Both the position numbers and the translations under genes were made by a program. Below the pieces are notes generated by a model. That model did not search any database and had not been told where the DNA came from. It saw only the letters and a list, made by a program, of their open reading frames with translations. 64,000 nt of DNA from Candidatus Latescibacterota bacterium (GTDB lineage: Bacteria > Latescibacterota > UBA2968 > UBA8231): assembly GCA_965217585.1 (NCBI GenBank), contig OZ244561.1, forward strand, positions 2,624,001 through 2,688,000. The letters run 5' to 3'. Below, piece after piece: positions 42,265-50,920 of the stretch (positions are counted from its first letter, which is position 1; the number at the start of each line of letters is the position of its first letter).

Positions 42265-43305
42265 ATGACAACTGACGAATATGCCGCTGATCTCGCGTGG
42301 CAGCGCGCGATCCTGCAAGAGGTATCGCGCACATTCGCGCTCACCATTCCGCAGCTTCCGTCGGGCCTGCGCGATGTCGTAGGCAACGCGTATCTGCTGT
42401 GCCGCATCGCCGATACTATCGAGGATGAGCCGGCTCTCTCGGCCAGCGGGAAGCGCGAATTTTCCGAGCGATTCATCCGGGTCGTCGCGGGAGAGGAGCC
42501 GCCCGCTCCATTCGCCGAGCAGCTCGCGCCGCGCCTGTCCGACAGCATGCTGCTCGCCGAACGCCAGCTTGTGGCCAACACCCCGCGGGTGCTGCGGATC
42601 ACCCAAGGGTTTTCCGACCGGCAGCGCGCCGCACTCGTGCGCTGTGTGCGGATCATGTCGCACGGCATGGCCGAGTTTCAGCAAAGCCCGGGCCTCAAAG
42701 GCCTAGACGATCTCCCCCATCTCGACCGCTACTGCTATCATGTCGCCGGCGTCGTCGGCGAGATGCTCACTGAACTGTTTTGCGATTATTCGGCGGAAAT
42801 CGACCGCCATCGCAAAAAGTTGCTGCAACTCGCGGTGTCGTTCGGCCAAGGCTTGCAGATGACCAATATCCTCAAGGACATCTGGGATGATCGGGCGCGC
42901 GGCGCGTGTTGGCTGCCGCGCGACGTGTTCCAGCAATCCGGGTTTGATCTGCACTCGCTTGAAGCCGACCGGACGAATCCCGCGTTCCGCACGGCGCTGA
43001 GCACACTGATCGGCCTGGCCCGGATGCACCTCGGCAATGCGCTGGCGTTCACGTTGCTCATCCCCGGGCGCGAAACCGGCATTCGCCGGTTCTGCCTTTG
43101 GGCCTTGGGTATGGCCGTACTGACGTTGCGCCGCATCCACGCCCACGCGGATTTTACCAGTGGGCAGCAGGTCAAAATTTCGCGGCGCAGCGTGTGGGCA
43201 ACCGTGATCGTGACCAGCCTTGCGGCGCGCAGCGACGTTGTGCTCAAAGCGCTGTTTGCGCGGTTTACGCGCAAGCTGCCCTCGCATGTCGAGGTATCGG
43301 CTTGA
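42265..43305 (+). CDS. Squalene synthase-like (farnesyl-diphosphate farnesyltransferase)
   Basis: VSRTFAL, YLLCRIADTIEDE, YCYHVAGVVG, GLQMTNILKD, RRFC. Confidence 0.85.
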   Translation: MTTDEYAADLAWQRAILQEVSRTFALTIPQLPSGLRDVVGNAYLLCRIADTIEDEPALSASGKREFSERFIRVVAGEEPPAPFAEQLAPRLSDSMLLAERQLVANTPRVLRITQGFSDRQRAALVRCVRIMSHGMAEFQQSPGLKGLDDLPHLDRYCYHVAGVVGEMLTELFCDYSAEIDRHRKKLLQLAVSFGQGLQMTNILKDIWDDRARGACWLPRDVFQQSGFDLHSLEADRTNPAFRTALSTLIGLARMHLGNALAFTLLIPGRETGIRRFCLWALGMAVLTLRRIHAHADFTSGQQVKISRRSVWATVIVTSLAARSDVVLKALFARFTRKLPSHVEVSA

Positions 43306-43379
43306 AGTTGGGCGCATAGCAGACTTCAGTGCTGTTTTTTATCTTCTAGCCTTCATCAAATTCTCGGAGAAATTTCACC

Positions 43380-44600
43380 ATGCAGTTTGATCTTGTACTC
43401 AAGGGCGGACACCTGATTGACCCCCAAAACGGCATTGATGCGCCCAAGGACCTCGGCATCAAGGGGAAGGTGATCGCGGCCGTAGATGCGGATTTGCCAA
43501 CGGAGGGTGCCGGGCAGGTCATCGACGTGAGCGGACTCTACGTGACGCCGGGGCTAGTGGACATCCACATCCACGCCTATGCCACGGCCGGTCACCGCAA
43601 TACGTGGGCTGGCGACAACAGCATCCTGCCCGACGGGTTTAGTTTCCGCACCGGGGTGACGACGCTGGTGGATACCGGGAGCGCGGGCTGGCGCAACTTT
43701 GCGGACTTTCGCTATCGGGTAATCGACCGCTGCCAGACGCGGCTCTTCGCGCTGGTCAACATCGCCGGCACCGGAATGACCTCTATCGACCACGAGCAGA
43801 ATCCGTACGACATGGATCCCGACAAGACAGCGGGCGTGGCGCGAGAAAACGAGGACGTAGTCGTCGGCATCAAAACGGCGCACTACATCGGCCCCGAATG
43901 GATTTCGGTCGATCGCACGCTCGCGGCTGCCGAGCAGGCCGCGACGCGGGTGATGATCGACTTTGGCTACTTCAAAAAGGAGCGGCCCTACTACCAGCTC
44001 TTGGGCGAAAAACTGCGCCCGGGCGACATAAGCACCCACATCTTCCGCGGGCCGACGCCGTGGTTTGACGCGGAGGGCAAGGTGTTGCCCTACCTGCACG
44101 AGGCGCGGGCGAGGGGCGTCATCTTGGACGTGGGGCACGGTGGCGGCAGTTTCTGTTTCCGCAACGCGGTCCCAGCCATCGCCCAAGGTTTCTATCCAGA
44201 TTCAATCTCGACCGATCTACACGCCCTCTGCATGAATATGGGTATGCTCGACATGGCGACGACCATGTCGAAATTTCTGGTGATGGGCATGCCGCTCGGC
44301 GAGGTCATCCGCGCCTCAACCATCAATCCAGCGCGGGAGATTGGCCACCCCGAGCTGGGGCATTTGTCGGTGGGTGCCGTGGCCGATGTGGCCGTTTTGC
44401 AGCAGATGGAAGGAAATTTTGGCTACGCCGATTCTTTCGACGGCCGGTTGGACGGCCAAAAGCGTCTATTTTGCGAGCTGACGGTCAAGGATGGCGAAGT
44501 GGTCTGGGACTGGAATGGCCGCGCGGGGGTTGACTACCCCGAACTCGGCGAAAGCTATGGGATCCGCGAGGGCGAGTATCTGATCCCACCGCCGGCGTAA
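43380..44600 (+). CDS. Amidohydrolase/deacetylase family metallohydrolase (dihydroorotase-like)
   Basis: PGLVDIHIH, GVTTLVDTGSAG, DVGHGGGSF, ISTDLH. Confidence 0.88.
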   Translation: MQFDLVLKGGHLIDPQNGIDAPKDLGIKGKVIAAVDADLPTEGAGQVIDVSGLYVTPGLVDIHIHAYATAGHRNTWAGDNSILPDGFSFRTGVTTLVDTGSAGWRNFADFRYRVIDRCQTRLFALVNIAGTGMTSIDHEQNPYDMDPDKTAGVARENEDVVVGIKTAHYIGPEWISVDRTLAAAEQAATRVMIDFGYFKKERPYYQLLGEKLRPGDISTHIFRGPTPWFDAEGKVLPYLHEARARGVILDVGHGGGSFCFRNAVPAIAQGFYPDSISTDLHALCMNMGMLDMATTMSKFLVMGMPLGEVIRASTINPAREIGHPELGHLSVGAVADVAVLQQMEGNFGYADSFDGRLDGQKRLFCELTVKDGEVVWDWNGRAGVDYPELGESYGIREGEYLIPPPA

Positions 44601-44613
44601 AAGGAACGTTCTG

Positions 44614-45051
44614 ATGAAAATCGTCTCTGCGCTTCTGCTTCTTGTCGTCGGATGCGGGCAAGAGCACACCGGCGATCCCATCGTCGTGCGCGACGCTTGG
44701 ATCCGGGAGCCGCCCCCGCGCAGCCCGGCCGCCGGTTACTTAGTCGTTGAAAATCGGGGCGGCGAATCCGTCGAGTTGGTCGCTGTGGCAACCGAGGCTG
44801 CCGAGCAAACCGAGATACATGTAATGGAATACAAAAACGACCGGATGACGATGCGCCGAGTCGAAGGGCTACAGGTCCCAGCGGGCGGAGAGGTTGCGCT
44901 GAAGCCGGGCGGTGCCCACTTGATGCTAATGGAACTACGTCAGCCGCTGCGGGACGGCGATGAGGTGGAGCTGGTGCTGCGCTTTGGCGATGGAACGGAA
45001 AGGCGCACTCAGGTGCCGGTGCGGAAGAAAGGTCTTTATGAGAGCGAGTGA
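44614..45051 (+). CDS. Copper chaperone PCu(A)C lipoprotein
   Basis: DAWIR, H..E...M..M..LKPGGAHLMLM; lipobox VVGC. Confidence 0.92.
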   Translation: MKIVSALLLLVVGCGQEHTGDPIVVRDAWIREPPPRSPAAGYLVVENRGGESVELVAVATEAAEQTEIHVMEYKNDRMTMRRVEGLQVPAGGEVALKPGGAHLMLMELRQPLRDGDEVELVLRFGDGTERRTQVPVRKKGLYESE

Positions 45052-45664
45052 CACGCTGGTATTTTGTGCGGTTTTTGCGCTGCTCGCAGCCTGCGGCGCT
45101 CAGCCGGAGGCCCAAAAGGCCCCGGTCGCCGAAACCCCCACCCCCGTGGAGGTCCCCTCCTTGCGGGATTACGGCGGCATTGGCGGCGACTTTGCGCTCG
45201 AGGATCAGCACGGCGCGCCCTTTGAGTTGCAAAGTTTGCGCGGCCAGGCCGCCATGCTCTTCTTCGGGTACACCTATTGCCCCGACATCTGCCCGGTGAC
45301 CCTGTCGAAGATGGGCCGCGTCTATCAGCTCTTAGACGAGCGCCAGCAAGAGCTGACGACCCTCTTTGTCACCGTTGACCCCAAGCGCGATACTCAGGAG
45401 AAGCTGGCGGAATACCTCGACTACTTCGCCATTGATGCGATTGGCCTGCGCGGCGACAAGGAGGGAATCGACCAGGTCGTGCGTCAGTATGGCGGCCACT
45501 ATAGCCTCGGAGAGGAGCAGGCCTCCTACTTAGTCGATCACTCGACCTATACCTACCTGATTGATCAGCAGGGCAAGGTGCGGTTCCTCTTCCGCCAGAG
45601 CGACGGCCCAGAGCTGATGGCAGCGGTGACCGAACAACTCTTCGCCGAGGCAGAAAAGCCATGA
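45038..45664 (+). CDS. SCO family protein
   Basis: FGYTYCPDICP, VTVDPKRD, VDHS; lipobox LAAC. Confidence 0.93.
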   Translation: MRASDTLVFCAVFALLAACGAQPEAQKAPVAETPTPVEVPSLRDYGGIGGDFALEDQHGAPFELQSLRGQAAMLFFGYTYCPDICPVTLSKMGRVYQLLDERQQELTTLFVTVDPKRDTQEKLAEYLDYFAIDAIGLRGDKEGIDQVVRQYGGHYSLGEEQASYLVDHSTYTYLIDQQGKVRFLFRQSDGPELMAAVTEQLFAEAEKP

Positions 45665-45801
45665 AAAACGTTTTGTACAAAATCATCAAGATCGTCCACG
45701 CGCTGCTTTGGTTTCCGCTGAGTCCGATCATAGGCCCGGATTTTCCGCAGCGCTTTTTGTTTAGAGGGCGGCGAAAGAAGCCGACTCAGACAGGTCCGTA
45801 G
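45661..45801 (+). CDS. Putative 46-aa small protein
   Basis: ATGA overlap with the SCO stop; MKNVLYKIIKIVHALLWFPLSPIIGPDFPQRFLFRGRRKKPTQTGP. Confidence 0.4.
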   Translation: MKNVLYKIIKIVHALLWFPLSPIIGPDFPQRFLFRGRRKKPTQTGP

Positions 45802-45843
45802 CCGACGGTTTGATTCCATCCTCACGGCATCTCCAAGGACTTT

Positions 45844-47268
45844 ATGCCAACCATGCAACGACCGAATATCCTCATACTCTACACCGACCAGCAGCGGTGG
45901 GACGCCCTCGGCGCCAACGGCAACTCCGAAATCCGCACGCCGCACTTGGACCGGCTCGCTGCTGCCGGGATAAATTTCGATCACTGCTTTGTGCAGAATC
46001 CGGTCTGCATGCCCAGCCGCGTGAGCTTTCTCACTGGGCAGTATCCATCCGCGCTAGGGCTTTCGCACATGGGAGTGCCCGTGCCCGCGGACGCGCCGAC
46101 CTTGCCGCGCCTGCTGCGCAACTACGGCTATTGCAGCGGCCAGATAGGCAAGCTCCACTTTCTGCCGCACGCCAACCGCGACCACCGCCAGCCCCATCCC
46201 GACTACGGGTTCGACCACTTGGAAATTTCGGACGAGCCGGGTTCCTACCACGATGCCTACCGCGCTTGGGTGGCGGCGCAGGCCCCTGAGCAACTCGACC
46301 ACGTCAGTCTTGGCGAGGCGCCCAGTTCAATCGAGTGGAAGCGGATTATGAACGTCCGCGACGGGATCGCGCATCCAGCAGAGCGCTTTGTCAAGCGCGC
46401 CTTGGCCAGCCGCTGCCGCAGCGACCTGACCCACACGGCGTTTGTCGCCGAGCAGACCATGGAGTTTTTGACGCGCCACAGGGACGGCCCTTTCCTCTGC
46501 ATCGCCGGCTTCTATTCGCCGCACGATCCGTGGGTGGCTCCCGAGGAATTCCTCGATCGCTACGATCCAGCCGCTCTGACTTTGCCGCCCTTCCCACCGT
46601 CCCTCGACGCTCGCCGAGGCCCACAGCACTTTTCCGACGACGAATTGCGCTCCGCCCGCCACGGCTATTACGCCATGGTATCCGAGGTTGATCACCACGT
46701 CGGCCGCATCCTCGACCGGCTCGACGTCCTCGGCATTGCGGACAATACCATCGTCGTCTTCACGTCCGATCACGGCGAGTGGCTCGGCGAGCATCTGCGC
46801 TACGGCAAGGGCTACCCTGGCCATGATGCGGTCACGCGCGTCCCCTTGCTGATGCGCTGGCCCGCCGGGGCAAGGGACGGTGGGCATTGCTCCCGCATCG
46901 TCGAGGCGTTAGACGTGGTGCCGACGCTGCTGGAAGCCGCGGCAATTCAGCGGCCGGCTGCATTGCAAGGCAGTTCCCTGCTGGCCGATTTGCGCGAGGA
47001 GGAGGGCGCTGGCCCCGGCTGCGCCATTACGGAAATGACGCCGACCAAACCGCAATCCAACTGGAAGACGCTGCGCGTGGAGGGGTTGCGCTACGTGGTG
47101 GATGCAGGTGGAGCGGAGACTCTCTTCGACTTGGAGCGCGATCCGCTGGCCTACGAAGATGTGGCGGGCGAAAGCGCGTACGCCACTCAACTGCAAGCGG
47201 TCCGCAAGCGGTTGCTAGAGAGGCTGCTAGTGCGCGAGCGGCCGCTGCCGCGACAGTGGACGTACTGA
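45844..47268 (+). CDS. Sulfatase (Cys-type)
   Basis: PNILILYTDQQR, CMPSR, GKLH, TSDHG. Confidence 0.93.
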   Translation: MPTMQRPNILILYTDQQRWDALGANGNSEIRTPHLDRLAAAGINFDHCFVQNPVCMPSRVSFLTGQYPSALGLSHMGVPVPADAPTLPRLLRNYGYCSGQIGKLHFLPHANRDHRQPHPDYGFDHLEISDEPGSYHDAYRAWVAAQAPEQLDHVSLGEAPSSIEWKRIMNVRDGIAHPAERFVKRALASRCRSDLTHTAFVAEQTMEFLTRHRDGPFLCIAGFYSPHDPWVAPEEFLDRYDPAALTLPPFPPSLDARRGPQHFSDDELRSARHGYYAMVSEVDHHVGRILDRLDVLGIADNTIVVFTSDHGEWLGEHLRYGKGYPGHDAVTRVPLLMRWPAGARDGGHCSRIVEALDVVPTLLEAAAIQRPAALQGSSLLADLREEEGAGPGCAITEMTPTKPQSNWKTLRVEGLRYVVDAGGAETLFDLERDPLAYEDVAGESAYATQLQAVRKRLLERLLVRERPLPRQWTY

Positions 47269-47269
47269 G

Positions 47270-47430
47270 CTTGGTCTTGCTGCGAGATTCGGCGTGAGCG
47301 ATGAGGATGTGATCGGCAAGAGCGGCGACATAGGCGTTGAGATGGGCGGCGAGTGCTGTGGTGGGGCGGCGGATCCTATTAGAAAAAAAAGGGCAGCAAA
47401 AACCGGCGTCGTGCTGATAGGCTGCCGGGA
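47270..47430 (-). pseudogene. Remnant of a SLOG/DprA-like gene
   Basis: Start-less frame PFFSNRIRRPTTALAAHLNAYVAALADHILIAHAESRSKT resembles the RNxxVAALAD..IxxA..GGT segment of SMF/DprA-LOG proteins. Confidence 0.5.
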
Positions 47431-47509
47431 GCGTCCAGTTACAAAAGTATCAGGTTCTCAACATCTATAATATCCGGTTCTTGGTGTGTGGGAGAGCGAC
47501 ATAATCCCC

Positions 47510-47538
47510 TTGACTCGGATATGTGCCACTCATAGGCT
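47510..47538 (+). promoter_or_regulatory. Sigma70-type promoter of the HD operon
   Basis: TTGACT-17 nt-TAGGCT. Confidence 0.6.
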
Positions 47539-47552
47539 TTTATCGTAGCGTA

Positions 47553-47564
47553 GCTCTTTGACAA
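47553..47564 (+). promoter_or_regulatory. boxA-like antitermination motif
   Basis: GCTCTTTGACAA (boxA consensus GYTCTTTAANA-like) just downstream of the predicted start site. Confidence 0.5.
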
Positions 47565-47679
47565 GAGAATAGGTTGCTAGTTCCAGTACTGTCGACCACC
47601 CGGTCAATGTAACTTCTGTGCTGGGTAAAACCTGTTAGGTGGGTGGCCCGACTGATTTTTTCATAAGGAATAAAATTCC

Positions 47680-49014
47680 GTGAAGTATACTCACGAAATT
47701 AGAGACCCAATCCATGTGTTCATTCGTTTGGACAGCGACGAACGCAAAGTTCTTGATTCCCGTCCGTTCCAGAGACTACGTCATATCCACCAACTGGCAA
47801 TGACCTATCTTATTTATCCTGGCGCAACACATAAGCGATTCGAGCATTCGCTCGGCGTTATGGAACTCGCCGGACGGGTCTTCGATGTTGTCACTGATCC
47901 AGACAATGTCACGGATGAAATCAAGCATTTGCTGGAACCGCTCAATGCTCCTGACAAACGAGCGTATTGGCGGCGGGTGGTTCGTATGGCCGCACTATGC
48001 CACGACATTGGCCATCTGCCGTTCTCGCACGCGGCTGAAAAGGAGCTTCTACCAGACGACTGGGATCACGAGGATTTGACGCGGAAGATTATTGTTAGCG
48101 ACGAAATGAAAACGATTTGGGGATCTGGCACCCCCCCGCTTCGTCCCGAAGACCTCGAAAAACTGGCCATCGGACCAAAGAAGGCTACCGACTTAGAGTT
48201 CGCAGATTGGGAGACGATCTTGACGGAAATTATCGTTGGAGATGCGTTCGGCGTCGACCGCATGGACTATCTGTTACGGGACTCGCACCATGTAGGAGTC
48301 GTCTATGGAAAGTTTGACCACCACCTGCTGATCGATACTCTGCGCATTTTGCCGCCGGCCCCATCGGACGAGAATGGGGAATCTCAAGAGCCAGCACTAG
48401 GTATGGAAGAGGGCGGCATTAAGTCAGCGGAAGCGTTGATGCTTGCACGATATTTTATGTACTCGCAGGTTTACTTTCATCCCGTGCGTCGAATTTACAA
48501 CATTCATCTAATGGATTTTCTCAAGGAATGGCTCGATGGTGGCGCGCTTGCAACGGACTTGGAGAGTCATCTAAAAATGACGGACAACGAAGTGACGGCT
48601 GCTCTATGGGAAGCCGCATTTGAGGAGGAGGAGAAGGTTGGTCATACACATGCACGCCGAATCGTACGGCGCGAGCACTTCAAGTGCCTCTACCGACGGA
48701 ACCCCAAAGATGTCACCATCAACCCGGAGTCAGGAAAATTAGTTTTTGAGGCGTTAGCGGATCAATACGGTGAGGAACACTTCCGTCATGACCGTTATAG
48801 TCAGAAAAGCGGTGCGCCGGATTTCCCGGTGCGAATGCGTGACGGCCGGATTGTATCGTCCATCACTTTTTCCGAGGTGTTAAGCAACATACCTGTGGTT
48901 TCAATCGACTACGTCTTCGCTAATCGGCAGTTTTTCGATGGGGCAAATACATGGATGGACAACAACCGTCTCACAATTATCAACAAACAGGAAGAGGAGA
49001 AACAAGATGGATAG
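47680..49014 (+). CDS. HD-domain phosphohydrolase, SAMHD1/YwfO-like putative dNTP triphosphohydrolase
   Basis: RDPIH, FQRLRHIHQL, YPGATHKRFEHSLG, LCHDIGHLPFSH, DRMDYLLRD, ARYFMYSQVYFH. Confidence 0.9.
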   Translation: MKYTHEIRDPIHVFIRLDSDERKVLDSRPFQRLRHIHQLAMTYLIYPGATHKRFEHSLGVMELAGRVFDVVTDPDNVTDEIKHLLEPLNAPDKRAYWRRVVRMAALCHDIGHLPFSHAAEKELLPDDWDHEDLTRKIIVSDEMKTIWGSGTPPLRPEDLEKLAIGPKKATDLEFADWETILTEIIVGDAFGVDRMDYLLRDSHHVGVVYGKFDHHLLIDTLRILPPAPSDENGESQEPALGMEEGGIKSAEALMLARYFMYSQVYFHPVRRIYNIHLMDFLKEWLDGGALATDLESHLKMTDNEVTAALWEAAFEEEEKVGHTHARRIVRREHFKCLYRRNPKDVTINPESGKLVFEALADQYGEEHFRHDRYSQKSGAPDFPVRMRDGRIVSSITFSEVLSNIPVVSIDYVFANRQFFDGANTWMDNNRLTIINKQEEEKQDG

Positions 49015-49579
49015 ACTGAGAAGGGCTGGGCTATTGACGCGACTGATAGAGGGTCTTCGCAACAATGGAAGCTGGTGCGGCGAGACGCATGTTCAGAAAG
49101 CCACGTTTCTTGCGCAGGAGCTCGCCGGAATTCCGCTGGGCTTCGATTTCATCCTGTACAAGCATGGACCGTTCTCGTTCGACTTGAGAGATGAACTCAC
49201 TGCTCTACGTGCGGACGGATTATTGAAGCTTGAAACGCAATGGCCCTACGGTCCCCGTATCTCCCCTACGCCCCAGAGCGAATACATAGAGGGCCTGTAT
49301 CCTAGGACATTGGAGAAGTACGGGACCGCCGTTGCGTTCGTGACCAACCGGCTCAGCAACAAAGGCGTCAGCGAGCTCGAGCGTCTGGCAACCGCGTTCT
49401 ACGTAAATCTTCGAGAGGATAAAACTTCGGTTGATGAAAGAGCCACGCGGCTGACGGAATTGAAACCGCACATATCGAAAAAAGACGCTAGGGACGCGAT
49501 TCAGGCGATTGACAAGATTGCCGAGGATGCCGAAGCACAGTTCTCTCTACTCACCGATCTCTCTACTCACCGAGTTTGA
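49007..49579 (+). CDS. YwgA/Panacea(SocA)-like winged-helix protein
   Basis: GETHVQKATFL..F.FILYKHGPFSFDL and later ELERLAT; GAGGAG RBS; start overlaps the HD stop. Confidence 0.7.
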   Translation: MDRLRRAGLLTRLIEGLRNNGSWCGETHVQKATFLAQELAGIPLGFDFILYKHGPFSFDLRDELTALRADGLLKLETQWPYGPRISPTPQSEYIEGLYPRTLEKYGTAVAFVTNRLSNKGVSELERLATAFYVNLREDKTSVDERATRLTELKPHISKKDARDAIQAIDKIAEDAEAQFSLLTDLSTHRV

Positions 49580-50684
49580 CGATTAGATCCTTGCCGAACT
49601 CGATGCCGGCGACTCGGCACGCTATCTGAATTTGGTTCCTTTTCGTGGATGTAGAGCTGTTCGTTCCTAGCCACCACCCGCCGGATAGGGAAGCTGACTG
49701 TGTCTCGGCCAGCTTGAGATCGTCGGGGTAGAGCGCATACCGATCGCGTGCGAGGTACTGCCGCGTACGTCCCTTCAAATGCGGTTCCAGTTTCTCGCAG
49801 AACTGGACATCCTTTTCTAAAAGCCGCTCGAAGACGCCCACCAACAATTCCTTGCCATTACGGAACCATTCCGTTTGCCCGCGGAAGGTGAACGAAAACT
49901 CTTTCCCCTGTCGGCCCTTGGGGAGTTCGGAAACTGCTTGGAAATGCTCCAGTGTTGGTTCGGTAGGGACCTCAGAAGTCTTCACCGTTTGAGAACGTCT
50001 TGGCGATGATTTGGAACCTTGCCCCCGAATAAACTCCTCCACGCGGCGAAGGTCCGGTCGCACACCGCTGGTCCGTTCCACTTCCTCACAGAACCAGTCC
50101 TTGAGGACCTCGGGTGGCTCGTGGAGAAGTTCGGCCCACACCGCCTCAAAGTTCGCGGCCGCTTCGCTCTGCTGTCGGAAAGTGTAGTAGTCGTCATGGG
50201 CGCGTCGGTGCGCTTCCCCGGCTCGCACGGTCTCAAAGGCGAGATAACGGCTTATTCTCTCGGCACCTTCAGTCGCGTCGTCATTAACTAAGTCCACCGT
50301 GGCAAAGCGCCGTTCTTGATAGCTACCCTGTCCTGCTGGAAAGAAGAACCCCCAAGAACGCCCATCAGTCAGCACGGCGAGCGGAACTCCCTGCCTAAAG
50401 CAGTAATCAAAGAGCTGCTCTTCGCCTTTTGCGTTTGCCTTGCCGACATCTTTGACCTCGACCAAGACGGACGGCTTGCCGGGCGGATGACAAAGTGCGT
50501 AATCGACTTTGCGTCTCTTGATGGGAAACTCGGGAATCACCACTTTAGGATCCCAGACGTTCCAACCCAGTGTATTCAGGAGACGCATCACCACGCTGCG
50601 AGAGATTTGAGCTTCGTTGGCAAAGTCCCCCCGCGTCAAACTGTCGCGAATTTCCTCGATTTGAAGGGTCAGATTTTCCGCCAT
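49563..50684 (-). CDS. HsdR-N-like PD-(D/E)XK nuclease with C-terminal SeqA-like domain
   Basis: NEAQ..LLNTLGW, PEF, VDYAL, VEVK, QLFDY, LTDG..W; C-terminal GRTRQYLARD...WWLGTNSSTSTK. Confidence 0.75.
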   Translation of the reverse strand: MAENLTLQIEEIRDSLTRGDFANEAQISRSVVMRLLNTLGWNVWDPKVVIPEFPIKRRKVDYALCHPPGKPSVLVEVKDVGKANAKGEEQLFDYCFRQGVPLAVLTDGRSWGFFFPAGQGSYQERRFATVDLVNDDATEGAERISRYLAFETVRAGEAHRRAHDDYYTFRQQSEAAANFEAVWAELLHEPPEVLKDWFCEEVERTSGVRPDLRRVEEFIRGQGSKSSPRRSQTVKTSEVPTEPTLEHFQAVSELPKGRQGKEFSFTFRGQTEWFRNGKELLVGVFERLLEKDVQFCEKLEPHLKGRTRQYLARDRYALYPDDLKLAETQSASLSGGWWLGTNSSTSTKRNQIQIACRVAGIEFGKDLIVKLGE

Positions 50685-50920
50685 GGTATCTCCTCTTCAA
50701 TTGAAAAACGTTCGGACTCCTCTAGCCCTCGGGTCGCATGAGAATAGATTATTGTAAATTTGGTCTCAAAGTCTAGCAACGTCTCCTTAGAAGCAGCAAC
50801 GGGTACCGCCTCGCCGTGTCGATAGGATCAACGGCCGCAAAAGCGCGGGAATGAATCGCGGTGATGGGGTGTCTAATTCGCCGTAGTGTCCCTCAAATTT
50901 TTTACAAGGAGAACCGTGAG

